A stretch of DNA of 64,000 nucleotides. It comes from Mobula hypostoma. Taxonomy: Eukaryota. The stretch's first letter is position 1. Every line of letters begins with the position of its first letter. The notes beneath the pieces were generated by a model. It had not been told where the DNA came from, ran no database searches, and saw only the letters and a list, made by a program, of their open reading frames with translations. The stretch covers positions 44,144,001 to 44,208,000 of the forward strand of contig NC_086121.1 in NCBI RefSeq assembly GCF_963921235.1, given 5' to 3'. The position numbers and the translations under genes are program-made. Shown in pieces: positions 52,468 through 63,659 of the stretch.

Positions 52468-53098
52468 GTGAGAATATTCTTCCTATTCTAATGGGATAAA
52501 CTTTGACTACTGTAAAAATGCTCCATGAATTCTCATCGTCTATGTTTTTAAGAGCTCATTGATTAAGGCTAGCTTGAAACACAGCAACAATCTTTCCATC
52601 TGAAACAATGAGGTACATTCAGAACCTCAACCAGTCCTTCATTCTCTGCGTCAGTCCGGCCAAGGAACTGCAGAAGTCCAGTGGACTCCCATGCTGTCCT
52701 ATTCCCGTATCTCAAGTTCCAAGTGGTTAACTTAGATTGCCTGCTGTTTAAAAGCAACATTGAACAACCTATGTGCTATCTTGCAAAATATGCTAACTGC
52801 AAACATATTTACAAAATACCCTGTATGAGCAATGGGATAGAATGAAGATGCTAACACATGTAAATTCCAAGGTAGTCATTTAGTCCAAAAATGTAGTCAC
52901 GCCAACCTTGAATACTCCTTATATTAGAATGATTTCAAAGCAAGAATGCACAACCTCCACTCCAGATTTGTGGTACCAGAGCTGACTGTTGAGCCTGTTG
53001 TGTGATGTGAGGACTCCTCCACAGGGTGATGGTTGATCTTTAAAATGTCAATACTTTTCAAATTATAATGTAATGAACTGTTTTCTTTCTGCTTTTAG

Positions 53099-53122
53099 GT
53101 GCAAGGTCCACTACAGCTCCCA
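53099..53122 (+). CDS. 24-nt microexon type B, (G)ARSTTAP
   Basis: ttctgcttttag|GTGCAAGGTCCACTACAGCTCCCA|gtgagt. Confidence 0.85.
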
Positions 53123-53807
53123 GTGAGTAAATCCTTGCCATTCTAAATATTGCAAACATTGACTCCAGTACAAAAGCTCCATCAAACAACATCGTGCCTG
53201 GTTTGAAGGCTGCTTGAGAGTAATAAACTTGCAACGTAGTTACAACAAAACGACAATATAGTCATGAGACATTTCCTTCTAAAGCAATTAGATGCATTGA
53301 AATCATCTCATTTCATTTGTCTTCATTATCTACATTAGTCTGGCAGATGAATCACAATTGTCTAGTGGCATCTCATGCTGTTGCCTTCACCTATCGCCAG
53401 GTCCAAGTGGTCAACTGAGATTTGACTGCTGCTTGATACGAACGTCACTGGACCTATGTGTTACCAGGTGCAACGTGCATTATGTAGACGTATCTACAGA
53501 AGTCCTTGAAAGAGGGACAGATAACAATTAATAGGTGAAAACATTGTAATACCAAAGAGGTCTGTTAGTTCAGGACACCAAGACTTAGCACTCTCAAAAC
53601 TGTATTCAGTAGGAATTGAACAGATGAAGTGCTCAACGTCATCCATCAACAAACTGTTAGAAATAACACTGAGAGTACACACATTGAGTCAACATGAAAA
53701 TAAAAGTTTTACGGTCTTAGATGTTATCAATTGTCTTTCATGAAGACCGGCTCATCTATTGTCCATTTTTAAAATGTCAATACTTTTCAAATTATAATGT
53801 AATGAAC

Positions 53808-54367
53808 TGCCCCATTCTGTTTTGCAGCTACTGACTGAAGATGCAAAGTAAGAATTACATTCAGACTTCTTGAGAGCTTGTTATGCTCCTTCTCTGCTTC
53901 ATTATCTGCAAGAGCGGATATAACAGACGTAAGCCTGAAAACTGACATGTCTTTAAAGGGAGTAATGGTGTTGTCTGCTCATCTCCATAGCTCATACTTC
54001 TAATAACGAAGACTGCAGCAACAACTGGACAATTATGAAGACTGGCTCAAAAAGATACAAATTTAATCTTCCCCAAACAAGTGTGACTAATGAGCAACAC
54101 GAAAAGCATCTAAGTGCAACATTCTTTAGCTAGACATATTTACAGAATTCCCTGTGAGGGTATGGGAAGTTTTTATATCATTGGAAGAAACAAATTCTTA
54201 ATTCAGTCAAAAAGCAAAAGCAAGTATACACAAGCACTTGGGAACTGAAGGCAGTTTGCGCTCTTGCAGATAATGAAGCAGAGAAGGAGCATAACAAGCT
54301 CTCAAGAAGTCTGAATGTAATTCTTACTTTGCATCTTCAGTCAGTAGCTGCAAAACAGAATGGGGCA
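53808..54367. repeat. 109-bp inverted repeat (53808-53916 / 54259-54367)
   Basis: tgccccattctgttttgcagctact...atctgcaagagcg is the reverse complement of cgctcttgcagat...aaacagaatggggca. Confidence 0.9.
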
Positions 54368-54978
54368 ATGCTGGTTATAGATTTAAGAACATAAGCCTGA
54401 AAAGAAAAGCGGGAGTCAGCTGGCCTAATGTCTTCAGAACCGATCAGTGACTCTCAGACCCTCTTACTATCGCTATCTATTCTCACTTCCATATTGTCCA
54501 AAAAACTAGTCAGTCCTGTCTTGAACACTCCTTATCATACCCTTCTTTTGGATTCAGAATGCCTGATACCCATACCAGTTTGTGGTGCCGTGGGGTCAGT
54601 TGAAGTCATTGTTGAATAGAAGACACTTCCACTCATTGCCCGGGGGATGATTGACAAACATAAACAGACTGTCAGCTGATTTAACGTCTTCAGAGTTGAT
54701 CATTCATTCTGCCACCATCTTGCTATAGTTATCAATGCTCATATCTATATTGTCCAAAATTCTTGTAACCGCTGTCTTGAATACTCCTTACTGTCCAAAT
54801 TCTTTGGGATTGAGAATGCCTTACACCTACTCCTGTTTTGTGGTGCCGTGGGTGACAATTGAACCCCTTGCGGAGAGAGAAGACTCTCCCACATTATGGC
54901 CGGGTGATGGTTGACATATATAAATAGATAATAACTTTCAAATTATAATTAACTGAACTTTTTTCTTTTTGCTTTAAG

Positions 54979-55002
54979 GTACTGCTTCTACCACAACTCC
55001 AG
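54979..55002 (+). CDS. 24-nt microexon type C, (S)TASTTTP
   Basis: tttttgctttaag|GTACTGCTTCTACCACAACTCCAG|gtgagt. Confidence 0.85.
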
Positions 55003-55626
55003 GTGAGTATATCCTTCCTATTCTAAAAGCGTAACTGTGACTGCAGTATAATGGCTCTGGCAAGCCTCATCGTTTGCATTTCAAGAGCTCCTTGATTATA
55101 ATTAATGTGAAACACAGCTACAGCTTTTTCTCCCGCAGCAATTGGATTCATTTAGATCATCAACCAGTCCGTTATTTTCTGGGTCGGTACAGAACAGGAA
55201 TTTCACGAGTCAAGTGGGCTCCGATGCCATTTCATTCCCCTTTCGCCAGTTCCAACTTTCTCTGACTGCTGTTTGAAAGCAATCTCTAGTGAACTATGTG
55301 CATCTGTGTACAACATGATTTATGCAGACATATTTACAAAACTCCCTGTGGGTGGGACAGGATAGAATGAGGTTGCAAATTCATTTATCTCCGAAGTGTT
55401 CATGTGGTCCAGGAATCCAGTCACCCCAACCTTAAGCAAGCCTTATTTGACCGTGCTTTTGCAGCAAGAATGTTTAACCTTCTCTCCCCGTTAGTGGGCC
55501 GAGGTAATTGCTGAACCTGCCGTGTGATGTGAGGACTCCACAGTTTAGCAGTATAATAGCTGACCTCTAATAAATGTCAATGGTTTTCAAATTATAATTA
55601 AATAAATTGTTTTTTTCTGCTTTCAG

Positions 55627-55650
55627 GTGCTAGTTCTACTGCGACTCCTA
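55627..55650 (+). CDS. 24-nt microexon type D, (G)ASSTATP
   Basis: tttctgctttcag|GTGCTAGTTCTACTGCGACTCCTA|gtgagt. Confidence 0.85.
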
Positions 55651-56823
55651 GTGAGTATATCTTTCAAATCCTAAGTATTGCAAATTATAACTGCCGTTCA
55701 AAAGCTCCATCGAATGGCATCGTGTCAAGCTTGAAGAATTTTTTGACCTTAATAATCTTGAAACAGAGAGTTGGTCTTTTTAGCAAACAATAATTGCTGC
55801 TTGTAATTGCCAGTCTTTGAGAACTTCCACGTTTCATTCAGAAGTAATATATTTAGGTCATTGCTCTGCTACGGGAAGTTAGGGAACTGTGTCTTGCTTC
55901 ATGATTGGAGTTTTCAGTGAACAAATTTTTTGTGGACAATGGTCGCAAATCGATCAGATTTAGCATTGTTTTGGTGACCGTCAATTTCAGGTGAAGACTG
56001 AAATCATGAGAAAGTGACACACAGGGGAAAAGCTAGGCACAGTAGCACAAGGAAACAGCTGAGGAGGGAAGATATGGAGAATCTGTTATTGGATTCACCC
56101 ACATCTGACATGTACGAGTCATTTGAATGCCAGCTGGTCAGAACTCAGAAACAAAATTTTCCTGTGAGGAACAAAGACAACTATGCAAAATTTTCATATC
56201 ATTAGGACACAAGAGTTCCAAATTCAGTAGAAAACAAAAAAAAGTATGCATTCTTTAATAGGACAATTGTGATACTGATGATAAGCTGATAATAATGAAA
56301 GCCGGAGGTTTATTGAGGAGAGGGTGTACAAAGCAGGTATGAAGGGGTCAGGATCAGTTCTGGAGTTGAAGGGATATTGTTCTTGTCAGTAGCCACCATT
56401 GGACAAGATGGGTTCGGGAAACTGAACAGCACATCAGAGATTGCCTAACACTTTGCGCTCTCATATGCAAGTTGATGTAATGCATTCTGATACCAAATAT
56501 ATTTCTGACTGTATATTCTGCTTGTATACACAGCAGATGAGTCCCATCAGGAAATGCATTTAATATTAATGTAATTCTGATTTCCCATAATCAGTCAGTA
56601 GCTGCAAAACATGAATGGGCCAATGGTGGTCATAGATTTCAGAACATAAGCCTTGGAAGAAGAAGGGTTGAACAGTCAGCTGATTTAATGTGTTCAGAAC
56701 CGAACATTCACTCTCCCGCCTTCTTACCATAGCTATCATATCAGCTGGGTGATGATTGATGTATCTAAACTGTCACCACTTTTCAAATTTTAATTAACTG
56801 AATTGCTCTGTTTCTGCTTTTAG

Positions 56824-56847
56824 GTCCCACACCTACAACAACTACAG
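56824..56847 (+). CDS. 24-nt microexon type A, (S)PTPTTTT
   Basis: tttctgcttttag|GTCCCACACCTACAACAACTACAG|gtgaga. Confidence 0.85.
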
Positions 56848-57488
56848 GTGAGAATATTCTTCCTATTCTAATGGGATAAACTTTGACTACTGTAAAAATG
56901 CTCCATGAGTCCTCATCATCTATGTTTTTAAGAGCTCATTGATTAAGGCTAGCTTGAAACACAGCAACAATATTTTCTTCTGAAACAATGAGATACATTC
57001 AGAACCTCAACCAGTCCTTCATTCTCTGCGTCAGTCCGGCCAAGGAACTGCAAAAGTCCAGTGGACTCCCATGCTGTCCTATTCCCGTATCTCAAGTTCC
57101 AAGTGGTTAACTTAGATTGTCTGCTGTTTAAAAGCAACATTGAGCAACCTATGTGCTATCTTGCAAAAAATATGCTAACTGCAAGCATACTTACAAAACA
57201 CCCCGTATGAGCAATGGGATAGAATGAACATTCTAACACGATTAAATTCTAAAGTAATCACTTAGTCCAAAAAAGTTGTCACACAAACCTTGAATAATCC
57301 TTATATTAGAATGATTTCAAAGAAAGAATGCACAACCTCCACTCCAGATTTGTGGTACCAGAGTTGACTATTAAGCCTGTTGTGTGATTTGAGGACTCCT
57401 CCACAGCCTGGCAGGGTAATGGTTGATCTTTAAACTGTCAATATTTTTCAAATTTTAATGTAATGAACTATTTTCTTTCTGCTTTTAG

Positions 57489-57512
57489 GTGCAAGTTCCA
57501 CTACAGCTCCCA
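57489..57512 (+). CDS. 24-nt microexon type B, (G)ASSTTAP
   Basis: ttctgcttttag|GTGCAAGTTCCACTACAGCTCCCA|gtgagt. Confidence 0.85.
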
Positions 57513-59203
57513 GTGAGTATATCCTTCCCATTCTAAATATTGCAAACTTTGACTACAGTACAAAAGTTCCATCAAGCAACATCGTGTCTAGTTTGAAGGG
57601 CTGCTTCATAAATTTGCAACACAATTAGAATGCAACAGCAGCATTTTCACGGGACATTTCCTTCTGAAGCAATTAGATGCATTGAAATCATTTCATTTAA
57701 TTTGTCCTTCATTATCTACATTAGTCTGGCAGAGGAATCACAATTGTCTAGTGGCATCTCATGCTGTTGCCTTCAGCTATCGCCAGGTCCAAGTGGTCAA
57801 CTGAGATTTGACTGCTGCTTGATACGAAGATCACTGGACCTATGTGCTACCAGGTGCAACGTGCGTTATGTAGACGTATCTACAGAAGTCCCTGAGAGAG
57901 GGACAGATAACAATTAATATGTGAAGACAGTATAATTCCAAAGAGGTCTGTTAGTTCAGGGCACCAAGACTTACCACTCTCAAAATTGTATTCGGAAGGA
58001 ATTGGACAGATGAACTGCTCAATGTCATCCATCAACAAACTGTTATAAATAGCACTGAGAGGAGACATGTTGAGTAAACATGAAAATAAAAGTTTTACGG
58101 ATTTAGATGTTATCAATGGTCTTTCATGAACACCGGCTCATCTATTGTCCACTGGTCTCAAACAAAACTGACTCGACTTTAAAGAGAGTAATGGTGTTGT
58201 CTGCTCATCTCCATTGCTCATACTTCTAATAACGAAGACTGCAGCAACAACTGGACAATTATGAAGACTGGATCAAAAAGATGCAAATTTAATCTTCCCC
58301 AAACAAGGGTGACTAAAGAGCAACACAATAAGCATCCAAGTGCAACATTCTTTAGCTAGAGATTTCTACAGAGATCACTGTGAGAGTATGGGAAGTTTTT
58401 ATATCGTTGGAAGAAACAAGTTCTTAATTCAGTCAAAATGCAAAAGCATGTCTACACAAGCACTTACCAACTTAAGGCGGTTTGCGCTCTTGCAGGAAAT
58501 GAAGCAGCGAAGGAGCATAATAAGCTATCAAGAGGTCTGAAGTCATTCTTACTTGGCATCTTCAGTCAGCAGCTGCAAATCAGAATGGGGCAATGCTGGT
58601 TATAGATTTCAGAACATAGCCTGAAAAGAAAAGCTGGATGTCAGCTGCTTTAATATCTTCAGAACCGATCAGTGACTCTCAGACCCTCTTACTATAGCTA
58701 TCTATTCTCACTTCCATATTGTCCAAAAAACTAGTCAGTACTGTCTTGAACACTCCTTATCATACCCTTCTTTTGGATTCAGAATGCCTGATACCCACAC
58801 CGGTTTTGTGGTGCTCTGGTGTCAGTTGAAGTCCTTGTCAAATAGAAGACTCTTCCATTTATTGGCCGGGGGATGATTGATAAATATAAATAGACTGTCA
58901 GCTGATTTAATGTTTTCAGAGCTGATCACACAGTCTGACACCTTCTTCCTTTAGGTATTAATTCTCACTTCTGAACTGTCCAAAATTCTTGTAACCGCTG
59001 TCTTGAACACTCCTTACTGTCCAATTCTTTGGGATTGAGAATGCCTTACACCTACTCCTGTTTTGTGGTGGCGCGGGTGACAATTGAAGCATTTGTGGAG
59101 AGAGAAGACTCTCCCACATTATGGTCGGTGATGATTGACATATATAAACAGATAATAATTTCCAAATTATAATTAACTGAACTTTTTTTCTTTTTGCTTT
59201 AAG

Positions 59204-59227
59204 GTACTGCGTCTACTACAACTCCAG
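59204..59227 (+). CDS. 24-nt microexon type C, (S)TASTTTP
   Basis: tttttgctttaag|GTACTGCGTCTACTACAACTCCAG|gtgagt; differs from 54979 only at synonymous positions. Confidence 0.85.
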
Positions 59228-59851
59228 GTGAGTATATCCTTCCTATTCTAAAAGCGTAACTGTGACTGCAGTAAAAAGGCTCTGTCAAGCCCCATTGTTT
59301 GTATTTCAAGATCTCCTTGATGACAATTAATGTGAAACACAGCTCCATCTTTTCCTCCTGCAATAATTGGATGCATTTAGATCATCAACCAGTCCGTAAT
59401 TTTCTGGGTCAGTACAGAGCAGGAATTTCATGAGTCAAGTGGGCTCCGATGCCATTTAATCCCCCTTTCGCCAGTTCCAAGTGGTTAACTTTCACTGACT
59501 GCTGTTTGAAAGCAATGTCTAGTGAACTATGTGCATCCTTGTCGAACAGTCTTTATGCAGACATATTTACAAAATTCCCTGTGGGTGGGACGGGATAGAA
59601 TGAGGTTACAAATTCATTTATCTCCGAAGTGTTCATGTGGTCCAGGAATCCAGTCACCCCAACCTTAAGCAAGCCTTATTTGACCGTGCTTTTGCAGCAA
59701 GAATGTTTAAACTTCTCTCCCGATTAGTGACCCGAGGCAAATGCTGAACCTGCCATGTGATGTGAGGACTACACAATGTAAAAGCTGACCTTTAATAACT
59801 GTCAATGGTTTTCAAATTATAGCTAAATAAATTGTTTGTTTCTGCTTTCAG

Positions 59852-59875
59852 GTGCTGGTTCTACTGCAACTCCTA
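59852..59875 (+). CDS. 24-nt microexon type D, (G)AGSTATP
   Basis: tttctgctttcag|GTGCTGGTTCTACTGCAACTCCTA|gtgagt. Confidence 0.85.
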
Positions 59876-61095
59876 GTGAGTATATCTTTCAAATCTTAAA
59901 CATTGCAAATTTTAACTGCAGTTCAAAGCTCTATCGGACGATATTGTGTCTAGCTTGAAGGGTTTTTTGACTTTAATAATCTTGAAGCAGAGAGTTGGTC
60001 TTCTTAGCAAACAATAATTGCTGCATATATTTGCCAGTCTTTGAGAACTCCCAGGTTTCATTCAGAAGTGATATATTTAGGTCATTGCTGTACTAGGGGA
60101 AGTTAGGGAACTGTGTCTTGCCTTGTGATTGGATTTTTCAATGAACAAATTTTTTGTGGACAGTGGTTGAAAATCGATCAGATTTAGCATTGTTTTGGTA
60201 ACGATCAGTTTCAGGTGAAGACTGAAATCATGAGAGAGTGAAACAAAGGGGAAAAGCTAGGCACAGTAGCACAAGGAAACAGCTGAGGAGGGAAGATATG
60301 GAGAATCTGTTGCTGGGTTCATCCATATCCGACATGTACGAGTCACTTGAAGCCAAGCTGGTCAGAACTCAGGAACAAAATTTTCCTGTGAGGAACAAAG
60401 AAAACTATGCAAAATTTTCATATCATTGGGACACAGGAGTTCCAAATTCAGTAGAAAGCAAAAAAAATGTATGCGTTCTTTTAGAGGACAATTGTGAAAC
60501 TGATGATAAGCCGATAATAATGAAAGCTGGAGGTTGATTGAGGAGAGGGTGTACGAAGCACATGTGAAGGGGTCAGGATCAGTTCTGGAGTTGAGGGAAT
60601 ATTGTTCTTGTCAGTAGCCAGCATTGGACAAGATGGGTTCGGGAAACTGAACAGCACATCAGAGATTGCCTAACACATTGCGCTCTCATATGCAAGTTGA
60701 TGTAATGCATTCTGATGCCAATCTATTTCTGCATGTATATTCTGCCTATATAGACGGCAGATGAGTACAATCAGAAAATGCACTTAATATTAACGTAATT
60801 CCTGTTATCCTCAATACTGAATGGGGCAATGGTGATTATTGATTTCAGAACATGTCTGAAGAGAAAAGTTGTACTGTCAGCTGATTTAATGTCTTCAGCG
60901 TTGATCAATCACTCTGCCACTCTCTTACTACAGAATGCCTTACACACACTCCTGTTTTGTGGTGCCGTGGGTGACAATTGAAGCCCTTGTGGAGAGAGAA
61001 GATGCCCACATTATGGCCGGGTGATGATTGACATATATAAACAGATAATAATTTTCAAATTATAATTAACTGAACATTTTTCTTTTTGCTTTAAG

Positions 61096-61119
61096 GTACT
61101 GCTTCTACTACAACTCCAG
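61096..61119 (+). CDS. 24-nt microexon type C, (S)TASTTTP
   Basis: tttttgctttaag|GTACTGCTTCTACTACAACTCCAG|gtgagt. Confidence 0.85.
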
Positions 61120-61743
61120 GTGAGTATATCATTCCTAATCTAAAAGCATAACTGTGACTGCAGTAAAAAGGCTCTGTCAAGCCTTATCATTTATATTTCA
61201 AGCGCTCCTTAATTTTCAACAATGTGAAACACAGCTACAACTTTTCCTCCTGCAACAATTGGATGCATTAAGATCATCAACCAGTCTGTTATTTTCTGGG
61301 TCGGTACAGAACAGGAATTTCACCAGTCAAGTGGGTTCCGATGCCATTTCATTCCCCTTTCGCCAGTTCCAAGTGGTTAACTTTCACTGACTGCTGTTTG
61401 AAAGCAATGTCTAGTGAACTATGTGCATCCTTGTCGAACAGTCTTTATGCAGACATATTTACAAAATTCCCTGTGGGTGGGACGGGATAGAATGAGGTTG
61501 CAAATTCATTTATCTCCGAAGTGTTCATGTGGTCCAGGAATCCAGTCACCCCAACCTTAAGCAAGCCTTATTTGACCGTGCTTTTGCAGCAAGAATGTTT
61601 AAACTTCTCTCCCGATTAGTGACCCGAGGCAAATGCTGAACCTGCCATGTGATGTGAGGACTACACAATGTAAAAGCTGACCTTTAATAACTGTCAATGG
61701 TTTTCAAATTATAGCTAAATAAATTGTTTGTTTCTGCTTTCAG

Positions 61744-61767
61744 GTGCTGGTTCTACTGCAACTCCTA
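61744..61767 (+). CDS. 24-nt microexon type D, (G)AGSTATP
   Basis: tttctgctttcag|GTGCTGGTTCTACTGCAACTCCTA|gtgagt. Confidence 0.85.
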
Positions 61768-62987
61768 GTGAGTATATCTTTCAAATCTTAAACATTGCAA
61801 ATTTTAACTGCAGTTCAAAGCTCTATCGGACGATATTGTGTCTAGCTTGAAGGGTTTTTTGACTTTAATAATCTTGAAGCAGAGAGTTGGTCTTCTTAGC
61901 AAACAATAATTGCTGCATATATTTGCCAGTCTTTGAGAACTCCCAGGTTTCATTCAGAAGTGATATATTTAGGTCATTGCTGTACTAGGGGAAGTTAGGG
62001 AACTGTGTCTTGCCTTGTGATTGGATTTTTCAATGAACAAATTTTTTGTGGACAGTGGTTGAAAATCGATCAGATTTAGCATTGTTTTGGTAACGATCAG
62101 TTTCAGGTGAAGACTGAAATCATGAGAGAGTGAAACAAAGGGGAAAAGCTAGGCACAGTAGCACAAGGAAACAGCTGAGGAGGGAAGATATGGAGAATCT
62201 GTTGCTGGGTTCATCCATATCCGACATGTACGAGTCACTTGAAGCCAAGCTGGTCAGAACTCAGGAACAAAATTTTCCTGTGAGGAACAAAGAAAACTAT
62301 GCAAAATTTTCATATCATTGGGACACAGGAGTTCCAAATTCAGTAGAAAGCAAAAAAAATGTATGCGTTCTTTTAGAGGACAATTGTGAAACTGATGATA
62401 AGCCGATAATAATGAAAGCTGGAGGTTGATTGAGGAGAGGGTGTACGAAGCACATGTGAAGGGGTCAGGATCAGTTCTGGAGTTGAGGGAATATTGTTCT
62501 TGTCAGTAGCCAGCATTGGACAAGATGGGTTCGGGAAACTGAACAGCACATCAGAGATTGCCTAACACATTGCGCTCTCATATGCAAGTTGATGTAATGC
62601 ATTCTGATGCCAATCTATTTCTGCATGTATATTCTGCCTATATAGACGGCAGATGAGTACAATCAGAAAATGCACTTAATATTAACGTAATTCCTGTTAT
62701 CCTCAATACTGAATGGGGCAATGGTGATTATTGATTTCAGAACATGTCTGAAGAGAAAAGTTGTACTGTCAGCTGATTTAATGTCTTCAGCGTTGATCAA
62801 TCACTCTGCCACTCTCTTACTACAGAATGCCTTACACACACTCCTGTTTTGTGGTGCCGTGGGTGACAATTGAAGCCCTTGTGGAGAGAGAAGATGCCCA
62901 CATTATGGCCGGGTGATGATTGACATATATAAACAGATAATAATTTTCAAATTATAATTAACTGAACATTTTTCTTTTTGCTTTAAG

Positions 62988-63011
62988 GTACTGCTTCTAC
63001 TACAACTCCAG
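62988..63011 (+). CDS. 24-nt microexon type C, (S)TASTTTP
   Basis: Copy of 61096-61119, exactly 1892 bp downstream. Confidence 0.85.
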
Positions 63012-63635
63012 GTGAGTATATCATTCCTAATCTAAAAGCATAACTGTGACTGCAGTAAAAAGGCTCTGTCAAGCCTTATCATTTATATTTCAAGCGCTCC
63101 TTAATTTTCAACAATGTGAAACACAGCTACAACTTTTCCTCCTGCAACAATTGGATGCATTAAGATCATCAACCAGTCTGTTATTTTCTGGGTCGGTACA
63201 GAACAGGAATTTCACCAGTCAAGTGGGTTCCGATGCCATTTCATTCCCCTTTCGCCAGTTCCAAGTGGTTAACTTTCACTGACTGCTGTTTGAAAGCAAT
63301 GTCTAGTGAACTATGTGCATCCTTGTCGAACAGTCTTTATGCAGACATATTTACAAAATTCCCTGTGGGTGGGACGGGATAGAATGAGGTTGCAAATTCA
63401 TTTATCTCCGAAGTGTTCATGTGGTCCAGGAATCCAGTCACCCCAACCTTAAGCAAGCCTTATTTGACCGTGCTTTTGCAGCAAGAATGTTTAAACTTCT
63501 CTCCCGATTAGTGACCCGAGGCAAATGCTGAACCTGCCATGTGATGTGAGGACTACACAATGTAAAAGCTGACCTTTAATAACTGTCAATGGTTTTCAAA
63601 TTATAGCTAAATAAATTGTTTGTTTCTGCTTTCAG

Positions 63636-63659
63636 GTGCTGGTTCTACTGCAACTCCTA
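63636..63659 (+). CDS. 24-nt microexon type D, (G)AGSTATP
   Basis: Copy of 61744-61767, exactly 1892 bp downstream. Confidence 0.85.

Larger units (their letters stand above)
51880..60800 (+). repeat. Two diverged tandem units of about 4.2-4.4 kb, each carrying microexons A-B-C-D
   Basis: Offsets between paralogous exons are 4380, 4390, 4225 and 4225 bp. Introns are collinear, e.g. ORF-track peptides 52569/56949 are nearly identical. Confidence 0.9.
11492..63659 (+). other. Gene model, 3'-incomplete: secreted CysD/WxxW-domain mucin-like glycoprotein whose PTS domain is encoded by 24-nt microexons
   Basis: Chain of AG/GT-bounded exons with compatible phases (0,1,1,2,1,1...) that splices into an uninterrupted frame: signal peptide, CysD, Thr/Ser/Pro octapeptide repeats. 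No stop codon is reached inside the window. Confidence 0.85.

Noticed and set aside
54341-54373. 33-nt SSCKTEWGNA segment as a constitutive exon (also 58566-58598)
   Set aside because: Weak donor (gttata) and stop-containing paralogues; treated as a fossil pending RNA data.
60238-63282. Repeated ORFs (MKQRGKARH..., MTAVKRLC...) as tandem genes
   Set aside because: They start at GTG, lie in introns of the repeat unit and are truncated or frameshifted in the diverged copies. The first resembles decayed CR1-like sequence also seen at 25650 and 36600.
52444-63659. Recursive splicing at the AG|GT microexon starts
   Set aside because: The regenerated donors (GTCCCA, GTGCAA, GTACTG, GTGCTG) match the consensus poorly; the GT start is explained by phase-1 Gly/Ser/Cys codons.
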